63,735 nt of DNA, filler included, from Lenisia limosa (GCA_001655205.1; 16 parts of 16 records of this genome joined end to end with filler, not necessarily neighbours in it), one strand, 5' to 3'. Positions 26,271 through 40,494 are shown, counted from the whole stretch's first letter. Numbers and translations: made by a program. Notes: generated by a model from the sequence alone, not told the origin.

Positions 26271-29200
26271 TTAAAGCACATTCCAGGCAATCTCACTATT
26301 GATGTACGTAACACCAGGAAGCTCAACTCCATCAATGATAAACTCCATATCCGTGGTCTAAAAAAGTAAGGGTATCTCCTTGGCAATACATTAAAAACAA
26401 TTGCGTAATAATTTGCCATTTTTTAAATAAAGCAAAGTACTGACTTACTGTTGGAAACTTCAGAAATACAAGATTTTAACAGTCTTCATTTTGAATTTCG
26501 TCTCAATAAAATGAAGAATATACTTGTGCCCAGCCAAAAATACGGAAATTTATTTCTCTTTTTTACGAACTAATAACATTTTTCAATTCATGGATTCTTA
26601 CTTAATAGTTTATACCAGCAAGTTAAAGATGACAATCAAATAACTGTAAACATTTTATGAATAGCGAGGTGTTCGTTTAATTGTTATAATAGTAAGTGAC
26701 TACAATTGAAAGTCAGGAGGCGTAAAATGAGGTATGAAGGAAGGGTGTTTAGACCACCAAGTGAAGGAAGAAGAAGGAATTGCCCAATTATTTTCAATTA
26801 ATTGCCACTTGCAATTAATTCACGGAGCCCTAGTATCTCCTTGCATCGTTTCATGGAAATGTTGAGAAATCGATGATTGGATTAACAAGTAAGACATTGA
26901 TGAGTTAAGTGAGTGGTCACAACAAAACATATTAGAAGTGCCAAGATATCAAGAACATGATGCGATCAGTGTCACCGTGATCTCGCTTACTGGATCGGAG
27001 ATAGGTGGGAAAGAGGAACTAAGCTCTGAAACTTCAACACCATTCTTGACCTTCTTCCAAACTCGATACTAAAAGCGAGTCAGATCAGAAAATATCCGAA
27101 GTTTAAATACGATGATGCCTTAACGCTTAAAAATGGTTATTTGCGTTATAACCATCATACAGAAGCCATTTTGTTATAGCCTGGAAAGGTTGGTACTGTA
27201 GGATCGGACACGCTTTGAGGGACGTCAGTACCAAACGCAAGACGCTAAAAAGCAATGAATTTAATGGTTGTTATGATGAGACGGAAGTTTATCATACAAT
27301 GATGCTCAAACAAGAACAGAGAGAGCATACACGGGTGGGAATATGCAAAAAAGAGCAAACATACAACAAAGAACCCCCCCAACAAGTTCCGTATCGACAC
27401 TCCAGGCGCTCATTGAAAATTCTTGAACCTGCATAGTAAGACTGTTGCAATGTGAGTTGAGTTACAGCACTCACTATACAATTGAGTACCCTTCTACTTT
27501 CAAAAGCAAGAAATCAATAATATGTTTAACAAAATGATTTTCAACTACTTATGTAAGTGTATTGTAGGGGTGGCCGTCAAATATCTATACTTTTATCTGA
27601 TATATATATATACATTAACCGGGACAAGTCTTGACCGATTTGCAATAGATTTCCCAAGGATAATCGGTAAAGACTTATCCCGTCAACTGCATATTTGACG
27701 GCCACCCTAGCTTTAAAGCTTACAATGATCCCGTTGAAGTAGAGTGTGACATAACTTGAGCTTGATACTGTCAGCATAATGTGGTTCCACTGATCATCTA
27801 ATCTTCGGTCAATATGAGGCAGAAATAGGGAAGAAGCAAATATCCTAAAAGTATAATACTTCTGTTCTTCAAAAAATGCCATAAGAAAGCAAATGGGATC
27901 ATTCGTATTGCTTCAGCTTAAATAAAATCAAAGCGAGAGGATATACGACAAATGATTGCTTAATGTGAGCACTATCGGAGAGATTATGAGATTGTGTTGA
28001 CCACCCTCGCCAGACACTTTTCAAAATTTCAAATGCTAACCGTTTCAAAAGTAGTTAAACCACTGAGCCCACATTTGAGTTCTCCAGTATCCGAGAAGGC
28101 TCTGTTGATGATGTTGGGGGTCATGTAAAGAATGAAAGTTCGAGAAGACGTGAGGTAGAGGTAGTACTTTTCGCCAACTCCGACTTTCGCAGCGTCAAAA
28201 ATGGCATGGGCAGGGCTGCCGGTCACAGGGTAGTACCAGGACTGAAGTTATGAGGAAGGGTTGTCAAATAAAGGTAAGTTTAAGAANNNNNNNNNNNNNN
28301 NNNNNNNNNNNNNNNNNNNNNNNNNNNNNNNNNNNNNNNNNNNNNNNNNNNNNNNNNNNNNNNNNNNNNNNNNNNNNNNNNNNNNNNNNNNNNNNNNNNN
28401 NNNNNNNNNNNNNNNNNNNNNNNNNNTGTTCCCCTGTAATCACACAGCTACAAATAAGTTACTTACTTCAATTGAAGACTCGCCACCAAGGGAAACGGTC
28501 ATTGAACTGAAGGCCATGCACTTGCTTGTCTTATCGGTACACTCAAAGGTGTAATAACCATTGGCTACTTGCACTGCCTGGCGTGTGAATTACATGTAAT
28601 ATATATCATATGATACAGTATATCATTTTTAACAGTATCATATGGCTTCTGTTCTCTTTCTTAAAATGTCTCAAAATCTCGTGAACATTGATATTCAAAC
28701 TAAAGAAAGTAAAACAGTGTAAACCTAAAAAGTCAAATATCTTAATAAATATAAAAACAAAAGAGGTGGTACTCACTCTTTTATGCGATTAAAAATCATA
28801 ATTCACAATCACAATACGCAAACCCACCGATCCTTCTCCGCAGCAGAACTTCTGTCCATTCAGAACGTGGCATGTCTAGTAAAATCAAAATGAATTAAAG
28901 GGTAAAATACTCTGTCCGATATTTCTAACAGTCGAGTTATTATCATGTAAATTTCGAGGTAGAAAATATTACAATTATACTTTACATATTAGTAGCGGAT
29001 GTATGTGAAAAAAACTCTATCCGACCTACTACTTTCAAGCTCACTATTAACTACACATACTAATTAATTCTAACTACTACTGTATAGAGACATAAATTAT
29101 AACCATCTTACCCTATAGAGGTATAGCTCATTTTGAGCGGGGAGAGTGACGTTGTATACGCCGGCAGCAATATGGGACAGCAGGTCAACTGAGGTCCAGT

Positions 29201-29995
29201 CAAGAATTCCTTTTTGGGGACGGTACTGAGTGGTTAGGTTTCTAGTTTTTGATTGTGAGTATATCTAGTTTTAATACCGAACATTGAATGTCTGATAACA
29301 AAATATAATATGTAGTATATACATATCATATGTAACAGATGCCCACCTCCAAGACGGAGGAGATGTCGGATTCTGTTGTCATGCCATCTAAGGAAAACGA
29401 GAGGAGGCCGAGGTTGTACTCCAAATCGGCATGGCCCAATGCACACGATGCAGCCGTGACTGAAAGTGGGGGGGGGGGTGGTCACTCGCATCCAAGCTTG
29501 AAGTAACACTATCAGATATTTTCTGAAAAGAGAAACATGGAGCCAGATTGGCCTTATTTCAAGAAAAACCACTCCATTCGCATTTTTCAAGGGTTAATCC
29601 TGAAATAACAGTTGAAGATAGGGTTTCACCAACTCACTTTTTTTAACTTGCAAACCATCAAGTGCTAAAAAGGTCACACACAATGCTATCAGAAAAGCAG
29701 AGAATAAAAAAAAAAAAATATTAAAAAAAAAACATTTACACAAGCTCATTATTTGTGTTGAGAAGGTGGAGTGTTCAGTTTCCCCACATGTTGCCCCGTC
29801 AGAATTCATATTAACATATGCAGAGCATTGGGCGATGAGAAGGACGGCGGACGCCCTAAAATGGTTATATTGAGAATGTTAATACAATGCCAAAGTTAAC
29901 AATTTGAAATCATAAAAGAAAATTGGAAGCGATAGAGTAATGGTTTTAACTGCCGAAAGTATAGAAGCAATGGTAATGCAGGGCAAACGGACCAT
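26271..29995 (-). CDS. Probable secreted/surface protein with a LamG/concanavalin-like domain, multi-exon
   Basis: Hydrophobic leader (MVRLPCITIASILSA..ASAVLLIAQCSA), Cys-bearing exons, and LDDQWNHIMLTVSSSSYVTLYFNG, which fits the LamG-like DGQWHHV.VT...LYVDG motif. The LamG exon is firmer than the joining of outer exons. Confidence 0.5.
27567..27707. mobile_element. Family G MITE with a family B MITE nested inside
   Basis: Outer TIR GGGTGGCCGTCAAATAT...ATATTTGACGGCCACCC with TA flanks. The inner 27613-27690 matches family B. Confidence 0.75.
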
Positions 29996-31005
29996 ATGAA
30001 GAGCATTGTGTTAGTGGGAAACGGCTGTATGTGTTCCTTTATCTCCTTTGTTTATTATTATTATTATTTTATTACTATATTATTCATATATTGGGAGGTA
30101 ACAGGTGAAGGTTGCTTGTAACAGGTTATGATGATGGACCATTTATACACATAGTTTATGTTGTTGTGCTAATTTCATCGTTTCTTCCATTCTTTCCCTA
30201 TCTATTTCCTTCATATCTACCGTGTTACCTATCTACTACTATACTGAGCCTGCAGCTGAAATATGTAATTTAGTGAAACCAAATTAAGGCAATTATGCCT
30301 CAAATATATAATTTTGAGAATGTTCTAACAAAGTTCAGATCAAACAAGGCAACAGAAAGAAAGGTGAAGCTCTAGAATTATTTTTTTTAAAGTTTATCAG
30401 CGATACACTTATCTTCTAACCCTTCTAGGAAGCTCTAAGTTCCTTAAAGGAACTCTTGTTTTCAAATGTAATGAGGCTGTCCTTTTATTACCTCTCTCCA
30501 CAGCTTTCCTCCATCTAACGGTCTTTAGAATTGTGTTGAGCTCACGGCCGCATGCAAGGCCGAATGGCAGGCCGAACAAGCCGGTATGTACACAGGAGTA
30601 TCTAATAAAACATGACAAATATATAGGGTTTGTTGGTGACCTTTCAGTTCTTTGCCGCCACTTCTTATTCATAATTCCATCGTTTTCAGTCGGAAAACAG
30701 TTATGAGAGGTGTAATCGGCTTCTGGCACTTTCTTATTGATTATCAGGGCGAGCGCCCAACGCCGCCCTGTCATGGACAGCCATTATTACGGGCCTCGTG
30801 GAGTGCTGTCGTGGGGAGGCTCATGGACATAAGTCGAAGGTAGGGATGTTATTTAATGGGAGTATTAATAGAGTGCCAGGCACGGTGTAGTTTAGGCTAT
30901 TAGTGAGTGCAATGGTAATGTTCCTTGATGAAAGTAAAAGAATGCATCATGTAACAACTAATTGAAAGTAGCCTTTGTGTTTGCAACTTTCTCAAAAAAA
31001 TAACA

Positions 31006-34000
31006 ATGGAATGTCTAATTTCTCAGACCACACCTGTCGCGTCTAATTCGCTGGAGTCTGTGATCAAGCAAGCATCTGCTGGTAGGTTATACTGGTACAA
31101 TAAAATTTTCTGATAATACTGTTGGATAATTGGTTGTTAAGTCTCAATAGACCGGTATGATTATTTAGCTATCGTTTCCATTGTTTTGTCATTGGATCCA
31201 TTCAAAAATGAATATGGGACACAATGTGAAGTAGAAACTGATAAAATGGTGGTTTTTTATTATTATTATTATTTTTGCATAGATTCAGCTAATACCAATA
31301 TTTGATCTCTGTCTAATTCAGTCTTCCCTTTGACTTATTTTTTTCCAGACATGGCATTTTTAATTTACAGGTTGGCCTCACATCCCCTCTTCCTGCACCA
31401 AAGAGGTGTTGAATTTGACCATAGATGCACTTGATACTGTAAGAGGGTCAAAACCTTTTGAAGCACTTCTTTAGTATCCCACAACAATTGCTTTTATGTC
31501 TGGTGAAATTGTTCAACAGCTTTTGATTATTGTTTAGGAAGGGAAACAGAATAAGTATCTCGCCGCTTTCATTCCAAGTCTGATTGCTACATGCACGGTG
31601 CTTTTTTCCTCAGCCACGCTTCTCAGAATACATGCTGAAAAAGCCAAAGGTAGAGAATTAAATAGCAGAATGTTTTAAGCATGCTTTTCTTGAAGTATTT
31701 ACAATAACTCTGACAGAAATCATCCGGTTATCATTCGACAACCTTCACCAGGGGAAGTATAAACCGGTTTGTCAGGAATCTTGAAAGGCGAATGGCGACA
31801 GAGTTTCCAATCCTTTACTCTTCACCTCTCTATTATTTTTTTATGTAATTTCACCATTTGTGTTACTAGTAGTAACATTCTGAAATTACGCTCTTTTAGG
31901 CTGGTATTCCTAAACCATATTTGAAAGAACTACTCATCATTTTAGAATTTGGAGTATGCTTTGTGCAGGGTTATCGCACAGTCCTCAGATTTCCAACTTA
32001 AAGGTCTCACTGAGATACTTTTTCAGGTCTGTTGCCACAATCGGTTTTATTCCTTAAATATTTCTTCTTTAAATCTTCAGGCTCTGATTAACACTTTCAC
32101 TCAAACCTCCAAATTGCGCCAGAATCAACAGCTACAAGCCTTTCAAGCGCTGACTGCCCTCATCAATAACGCTCAGCGTGATAGTTCGGCCTTCATGTTG
32201 GAGGGGTTTTACCTTATGTTCTCTTTTTGATGTGAAAGTAACGAGTAAATGTGATTCCTCCTAACCATACCGTTTTTCTTAGTTTACTCCCCCCCCCCCT
32301 TTCAGTTTCGACCTTCTTCCAGCCGTCATCGGAGAGATTCTCTTTTTCCTCAAAAAAGCCGGCATCTATGACTCATCTTTTGCGGATTCCACCGCTCTTC
32401 TCGCAGCATGCTTCCAATACCTCACACCAGATCCCCCAAACTGCCAAAACATCAGCCCTCTCGACGTTGCTGAGATTCTTATCGGGGCAATCAACCAACA
32501 GCCTGACATTCTTGCGATGAAGGAGTGGGGGGTCCACTTACTGGAACAAAAGTGCCAAGACCTTTTCGTTATTTCTGTCAAATAATACGTCTATTTTTAA
32601 GAGCAATGGTTTTGTTTATGTTTCAGGTTACTCTCTGAAAATAGTTGTCCTGACTACCTCCCGAGATACCATGCTATCTTCTCTGCAGTTGCGTCAATCG
32701 CCTTTTCTTCAAGGGTTAGGGGAATCATTTGCCCTAGTGTCTCATATTTTTTTGGGTATTTACAAATTGTTTCTTTTTTATAGTTATATTTTCTTTCTGT
32801 CAGAATTGTGGTTCATCCTACAATGTAGCATTGGGAGATATACCGTCTTCACAACTCTTTGATTAGTGATGGTTGGTGGAACCTTGCATCTGATATTTTT
32901 TTCTGGCGCTTTACTTTTGCAAGCTCAAAACGTTCTTTCCTGATATATTTTTCTGATTTCAAGGTGGAGAAGGCCATAGCAATGTAAACATACAAGATAT
33001 CCGAACAAGACAAGCGCCAAACGTTTGTTGGGCTGGGGCTTGTTCATGGTTGAATTTTGATTGGAATTATAAACGTTAAACTTTCTTGTCTTTTCGCGTT
33101 TATGATTTAGCTTTTCCAAGAAGTTATTAACAACATCACCAACGTATCGGATCACAATTAGTATGTTATCGAATTCCAAGTCAAAAATGAGAGAAGTGTA
33201 GCATTTTTGTCACATTGACCACACTGTAGTCCCGCGGTTGTTTATGCGCTTTGTCGTAATCATGGCAAGTTCTTTGATTCTGATATCGTGTATCGGCTCA
33301 TTAACTCTCTCTTCGACGCAGTTTCAAAGTGGGTGGATGACTTCAACTCTTTTGATGGTTTATTCTTTGGAAATTCATCAGCATAATTGCGTGGACTATA
33401 TTCACCTAGGACGAGCGTTTTAACAAATAATTTTGTTTGACATAATCACTTGAATAAAGCAAATTTATCTAAGTATCTTTTTCTGCTTCTTGATATAATA
33501 ATATCTCTATTTTTGGGTTGTTTTGGATTCAATTGAAATCCTTGTTATAGAAAACACCTTTTCAAGAGCTACTCCCAGCTTTATACTAATGGCTGCAGTT
33601 CACGTACGTCCCCAGCTGCCTTGGTCTACCACCTCTCAAGTCTTACGTCGTTGGCTCTTGATTTTGTGGGTTGATGGGCATTTTACCTTAAATCTGTGAA
33701 ACCCCATCATCCAGTCTCCCGCATTTCAGATATTTCTCCAAAGAAACCGTGTACATTTTTTCAATCATTTCAGCTGGATTATTTTCTTTTCTCGTTGCCT
33801 TGATTAGGCAATACTATATTTGCTTCTCCTCACAATTACAGGGATCTACACCAGAATTCGACACATTTGCAGTCAAAGTTGTTTGTGGAGGGATAGACTC
33901 TTGTTTTCATAAACTTGCCCCCCCTGATTTTTTTTTTTGAAAATTCACTCCACGTCTGCTTATTAATTTAGGCTGATTCCTCAATGTGTTGGAAACGGAT

Positions 34001-35090
34001 TTTCCCACTCCTTAGGTGAGTGTTTATTTGTTTCAAGATCCCCATCGAAATAGACACTGCGCAAAGCGACCGTATTTTTTTCAACTCTCTAGTGGTGTCA
34101 GCAGCAAGAGGATCTCAACTTTAGCCGCCTCTTTCCTGGTCCTTTCCACTGAAGCTGGTTGGTGCTACATGCCACCAGACGCAACTGTGAGAGGGGTTAC
34201 TAATAACCCAGCTGGAGTGAAATTTGGAGTCTTCAATATTTTTTACATACTTAAAAATACACTCAAAGTCAGAATCCAGCGGCCTCAGGTAACACACATT
34301 GTGTTTGTTCTGCGTTTAACAACTCATATCGATATCAATTTCAAAAGAGAATACCTCATCCATTTGATCCAGGACCAACTGCTCACACTGCGATGCTTCA
34401 TGTCTACTGAGGTACCAACCCCAATGCTTTGCGCCCTTCTGATCAGTTCAATGTCTTTGTGAGCGAGATGTCAAAACTATTTGGGAGTCTTATTGGTGAT
34501 GGTACTCTGGTAGCTTGCTTAATGACAATGCAGTTTACAATTGAATTTGATACTCTACCATCTTCTAATTCAAATTTATGTTTCTATATGAACTCCCTCC
34601 ATTATTTTATTTATCGAGGACACCAACAACTGCACCGCTCTCTGTTCTGGACCCTTGGATAGCGAAGGGACTGTCAACTGTAGACGAATGGAGTGTTATT
34701 TACAACCATTTGAAAACTTCTGGGCAACCGCTGAATAAATCGAGTCTTTTGGTAGAATGTCGCCCCATCTGGTGTGCTGCGTTACTTGGTATGTGTGTGA
34801 CCGTATTTGCTCATTTCATTTCTTGATATTTAGTTGGTCTGTTATACAAATAGCTATTTCCTCACTGATACAGTTCGCATACATACAAACGGTGCTCTTC
34901 CAAGTCATATGCACAAGTTGCTCTCCACAATTCCTTCTCTTGTTGAGCTATCTTTGCCCCAGCTCTGTGTCGAGGTATGTGATGTATGTGATGTCCGTGT
35001 ACTACTCCTTTTGGATCTCGAAATTCACAATTATTTGCTATTGTATTATTTGATGGAAGGGAGGGAGAATAGACTGTTGATACTAAATTA
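31006..35090 (+). CDS. Large alpha-helical (HEAT/ARM-like) protein with many short introns
   Basis: A series of 60-200 nt Leu-rich exons between short GT-AG introns (e.g. GWPHIPSSCTKEVLNLTIDALDT; ALINTFTQTSKLRQNQQLQAFQALTALINNAQRD). Family not resolved. Confidence 0.45.
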
Positions 35091-35236
35091 ATGATAATGG
35101 AGGGGGATAAAAGGGATGCTCTTTTATTATCTGAAATCTTCTCGATGTCAGGCGATTGCATTATCATATAGGTGGGGGGACATGACCGTGTCCACTTTTT
35201 TTTTTATTTTCTTCCAGAATGTGTAGCAATGCTCTT

Positions 35237-36032
35237 TCACTTCTTCTTTCCAGCTTCAAAAGGTTGAAGTTGAGTCTTTCCAACAAATTTTAGGTCATTC
35301 CATGGTAAAACACCTGGATTTTCTTCAAAGAACTTAATTTCCTTTTCGGTAATTTGGTCACGATGTTCAGCAATCACTGCCCAAGCCTCAGCAGTTTTCT
35401 CACATGAAATATTCTCCTTGTTGGCTGCTTGAATCATATTAATTAACTCTTGAGTATTCAGTTGGCAAGAGTAGAGATCTGGCAGGGGGTTCAACGGGGG
35501 TCATGAAAGGATCATCCAGATTGGGAAGGTGCTCTGCAAGTTTCCAAGGATCAATAGAAAAGCTGGGTTCGTCCGACATGGGAACAACGATGGATGAACG
35601 GTCAAACGCCTTTTTGATCTTGCGTTGAGTCGTAGAGACTGCCAATCCTTCCAAACATGCGAGAATGGCACAACAGCGGTTAGCAGCAGCATTGGAGATG
35701 TCATCAGATTGATACTCCCGAAGGAGTGAACTGTACTGCTGGTGAAGAACGGTCTTAAGAACACCAAATGTGACAAGGTCGAGGGCTGGGTGCACTGAGA
35801 AGTGTGGGAAGGAAGAAGGTAGAGGATGATGTGATTGTCCAAGAGATACTGGAGTGCAAGAGGTGCGTATCGAGAAGTGTGTCCATCAAGAATGAAGAGA
35901 GCCCAAGTCGCCGGGTCAAGGTTTAACTGCGCTCTATCCTGAATGATCCTGGGAACCAACACTGAAAAGACATATTCTGTGAAAGTATCAACATTCTGAA
36001 AGATTAATATTAAAGCCTGTTTGCTCTTACCT
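35237..36032 (-). mobile_element. pogo/Tigger-type DDE_1 transposase, frameshifted and 5'-truncated by contig end
   Basis: WALFILDGHTSRY...NHIILYLLPSHTSQCTQP then, after a 1-nt shift, LDLVTFGVLK. This is the DDE_1 signature LILDGH...LPPHTSHLLQPLDVGVFGPLK. A second shift lies near 35490. Confidence 0.88.
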
Positions 36033-36132
36033 NNNNNNNNNNNNNNNNNNNNNNNNNNNNNNNNNNNNNNNNNNNNTTAATTAATTAANNNNNNNNNNNN
36101 NNNNNNNNNNNNNNNNNNNNNNNNNNNNNNNN

Positions 36133-36270
36133 GCCATACCTAGAACCACATAACATCCCCATACCTAGAACACCAGACACAACATATCGCCAAACCTAGA
36201 ACCACATAACATCCCCATACCACCTAGAACACCAGACACAACATATCGCCATACCTAGAACCACATTACA
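36133..36270. repeat. Dimeric minisatellite at the 5' end of a CHD intron
   Basis: Alternating units catacctagaaccacataacatccc and catacctagaacaccagacacaacatatcgc. Confidence 0.85.
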
Positions 36271-36290
36271 TATCCCCATATATCCCCAAC

Positions 36291-39200
36291 CTTGTTTCCT
36301 GCCTTCCCGCGCAAGGAAGTCCTCGATCGCAGCGTCGTCACCCTCCTCAACAAGGGTCGACTTGTTCTCCCACGTGGCCTCGCTGTAGGGCAGGCCCTCC
36401 CATTTGATGAGGTATTCGGGCTGGGAGTCGGGAACAGCTAATGGGGTTAGCTCAAGTAAGCCCCAGGTTTTGAAAGAGCAATAATTGTATTGCACAGAGT
36501 TGTAAGGCAAATGATTGGATAATATCTATTATAAGTGTGATGGTGTGGACGGCTTCGGCCAGACACAACCTTGTTTTTTATTTCTCATTGTTATAATATA
36601 TATATACACTATATAAAAACATTCAGCACAAAGTCCAGTCGAAAATTGTGGTCATTATAAGACACTCATTTAAACACTAGAAAAGAAATTCCTGAGGGTT
36701 ATTAAACTCAAAGATAGATGCCAAAAGAGAATTGAGGAATATGTAATCAGTTATGCCAGTTGTCAACACAATCACGTTTCAAGGATATAACCCACTGTCA
36801 CTCTCATGAATAATCCCCCCACCCTTATCAGCTTCAGACATGGCGATCACACGGTCGATCTTCAGATGGTTCTGAATAGCTTAACGGTGTACGGAATATC
36901 TATGGTTCTTGGTTTGACAAAAACGGACATACATTTCTCCACAGTACCAACCTGCAAAAGAAGGCGCTCCTGCTCCAAGCGGATATGGTGTCTTTCCACC
37001 TCCTCCGGGGTCATAGCTTCTTCCTTCATATTGGCCTCGTGCATATTCTGAATAATTAGTTTAACTTGCCAAAAGAATGTTCACAAGACCCCCCATACGC
37101 ACAGTGACCGGGATAAGTCTTGACTGATTTGCTATGTGATTTCCCAAAGAAAATCGATCAAGACTTATCCTGGTCACTGTACATTTGATATAAATAGAGA
37201 AGTGAAATAAAACAAGGTTGTACCTGGCCTTATTTTATAAGAGAAGCCCATGACTAAATTTGCGAACAAAAATCGATTTTTCTTTCAATTTTGGATCCCC
37301 GCCCCCACTCTGATGTAATTATTCAGCTTCTTCTCGCCCTTGAAGCCGTCGATCTTGACCTCCTCCTCTGTTCGATACTCATTATTGCGATGTGACCACC
37401 CCAGGTACTTCAGGAGAAATTCTNNNNNNNNNNNNNNNNNNNNNNNNNNNNNNNNNNNNNNNNNNNNNNNNNNNNNNNNNNNNNNNNNNNNNNNNNNNNN
37501 NNNNNNNNNNNNNNCAAGCACGACAAAAGGGCAAAATTAAGAAACAAATAAATCAATATACTTAGAAGCTAATAGGAACCTAGCTATACCCAAAAAAAAA
37601 CGAAACCAAGCTGTGCATTAGAGACATAGAACGCTAGAAATAGGGTGAATAGCAGATGCTGTTTATTTTGCTGTACAGCTACATACATATATGTCTGCCA
37701 CACATATCATACATAAATAAAAAAAAATAATTCTGGAGAAGGGATCAACCTACCATAGATGTTGGAGAACTAAACACGACCATATAATATGTAGTATAAA
37801 TTTTACGTAGTTCACCCAAAGATACTCAGATAAACATTAATATTGCTCTAACAACTGTCGAACCAAGAAGACCTGATACCCTACATACCAACTGTGTCTG
37901 TTCCTTCCCTCTTGCGGTGATCAAGAATGCGATCTATGGTCTCAACATGCTCTGCAGGGGTTAGATCTTTTGTCAATAAAGCGTGAGAAATAGTAATAAT
38001 GATGAGCGGCAACTATTTCAAGGAAATGTCTATGTGTGAATAATATCACAGATCCTAGTTTCGAAAAATGGCTTAAATCAATACTACAGGTTCTTGTCAA
38101 GGCCCACCTTCAACAACCTCCACGGTCTCCTTCACAATGATGTCGTCACTATCATAGTCTTCTTCAGGGGGTGGGGAGTCCGGCGGACTGTCGAATTTAG
38201 AATCGCGAAGATGCGAAATAGAAGAAAAAAAAAAAAAGAAGAAATATCAGACGTAAGTCACTTGATCTGCAACAGCAAAGAAAAAAAAGACGACAAAGGA
38301 GCAAAATCGGCCAAGAAAATGTATCAAAGCGCATGGAAAGAAAAAAGTTAAAGAATGTCAAAAAGGTGAAGTCAAGGAAAGCAGTTCCAGTGAAGAGAAC
38401 GAAAAAGAAGAACGACGATGTCAGGATCGACAACTGTTATCCGAATGATGAAGAACCGATGAGAAAGGGGGACAAAGGCGGGGAAGAAAGAGGTTTAGCG
38501 ACAGATAAGAGAGATCTAAGGCAAGGAGGAAGAGGAGGCCTGGGTAAAAGCAGATAAGACAATAGAAAACAGAATATAAAGAAAGGTAGCCGAATACTAG
38601 GCCATCAAAGACACGAAACAACCAAAAAGTGAACATAACACAAAAACAGCCAAAGACACTCGTGTTTCCATCAAAGCAATTGAAACAGAACACAGAAATG
38701 GCAAGGAAAAGATGGAAGGCGAGTTCAAGAAGAGAAAACCAACGTTTCAGGCTCAGGAAGCTTCTTCTTGCGGCGTTTGCGCTTGAAGTTGTCGTGATAC
38801 TCATCAGAATCGTCACTAACATGCGCAGCGTTGTCATCGGACTCAGAGGTTTCGTCAAAGGAGTCAGTTTCACTATCAGAAGTTTGAATTTTAGTCTTCT
38901 TTGGGGACGACTTCCTCGGCGGACGTTCCTCTTCGGCATCACTATCTTCTTCACCAAGCCAGCCTAGGCGATTAGAAAGAAAAATGATTTTAGTGAAAAG
39001 AATGGTCATGCATATAGTGTAAACTAGGCCGCTAATCCAATGAAATTAAAGTAATTAAACAAAGATAAGAGCATACTAGGACGTGTGCGTCGTCTGGGAC
39101 CGAGAGCTTGGAAGCTACCCTTGTGGGGAAGGTCTTCATCGTCGCCGTCGCTCGCGTTTTTATCTTCAATAATGAAATCATCCATCACCCTCGGCTTTCT

Positions 39201-40113
39201 GCCCCGAGGAGCCCCGTTCTTCGCCTTGGGCTTCTGAACTGTGAACTGACTTTGTTGGCTCTGCATGGAAGAGGTGTGAAGGGACATAAGATGTTTCTGC
39301 ATCATCTGTTGGGCCTGGGCAGCTGATTGACTTTGAAGTTGGAGCGCAACAGACTGTCTTTGATCGGGAGACAAAGTCTGGTATGAAGGCTGTTGGTTCA
39401 TTGAGTTCATTAGCTGCTGGTGGATCTTCTGTTGAAGCAGTGCTTGCTGCTGACGAAGAATGGCCGGGTTACTGAGATAAGCAGCTTGTTGAGAAGCAGA
39501 CATAGGGGTTTGCATGGACTGGGGAGGGGGAGCTGGGCGGCTTGATTGGGCTTGGACAGGGGGTTGGGGAGCAACTTGCGCTATGGGCTGAGCGGGGATG
39601 TTGGGCTGTGCTTTGGGTACTGCCGTATTCGAAATGGCCTCACTCATCGACTTGAATTGCCTTGGGGGCTGGGCAGATTGTGTTGGCATGTGAATAGGAG
39701 GAACAGCAGGAGGGGCTACAATCTAAAGAGATCAGATATGACACACTAGGTTGACAAACGGATATACAAATTTGCAACAAACAAACCTGTGATGGCTGGC
39801 GAGGTATGGCAGAATGTGGAATTAATGACGAAGAAGAAGGCGGGGTGGCAATTTGGGGAATTGCTGAAGTATGTTGACTGACTTGAGGAACGGAGAGTGG
39901 CGCATAGGGTCCGTTAACAATCGGGGGAACGTTGTTAAGCGAATGCTGAGGAAGAGGTTGGTGTTGGGGGACAATGTTTGGGAAGGAAGACGGCTGGATT
40001 GGAGCCATGAGGGACTGTGCCATTGGAACAGACGACGCTGCCTGAGGTGGTTGAACAGGAACAGCGTTTCCGCTTCCTACCACACCGCCAATGGGTGATG
40101 TAATGGAATCCAT
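36291..40113 (-). CDS. CHD-family chromatin remodeller N-terminus with tandem chromodomains (CHD1-like), 3'-truncated
   Basis: Q/P-rich and acidic N-terminal exons, then EHVETIDRILDHRK...EFLLKYLGWSHRNNEY (chromo 1), MTPEEVERHHIRLEQERLLLQ|NHLKIDRVIA, and PEYLIKWEGLPYSEATWE (chromo 2). Confidence 0.85.
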
Positions 40114-40494
40114 TCTTCTATTCAGGCAATGGGCCTTGAGAGAAGACGTGTGGATTTAGTGAAAGACTAGATTTGAAAACTGGCTTCAAACTCGATTTAT
40201 CTCTCATAAACAGCTACATACTTACTTCTTCTTCTTTCTATTTCTCTACTTGAAAATATTTTACAATTACGTTATATTTGTAACATTAGTTACATGTTTG
40301 TTCTTCTCCTTGTTTTTCTGCTTCTTCTTCTACCTCTTTCACATCAATCAAGAGTAGAGTATAGTAGTAAGTAAGTGTACTCATTAGTCAGTCATTATCT
40401 GTATTACACAGTGAATTTAGTCAAAACCGCCACCAACGTCCTCTATTGGATATAATTCCAACCAGGCTTCGACTCCTCCCTTCTTCTTTGCATA

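Noticed and set aside
36535-36575. Family D as a U6 snRNA gene (GCTTCGGC hairpin; ACAGAG in families A and D)
   Set aside because: No ACAGAGA box, AGC triad or internal stem-loop follows the hairpin in the right order.
38094-39009. Long overlapping ORFs at 38094-38967 on both strands, and plus-strand ORFs over the F-BAR gene
   Set aside because: Shadow frames of CHD and F-BAR exons or low-complexity intron sequence.
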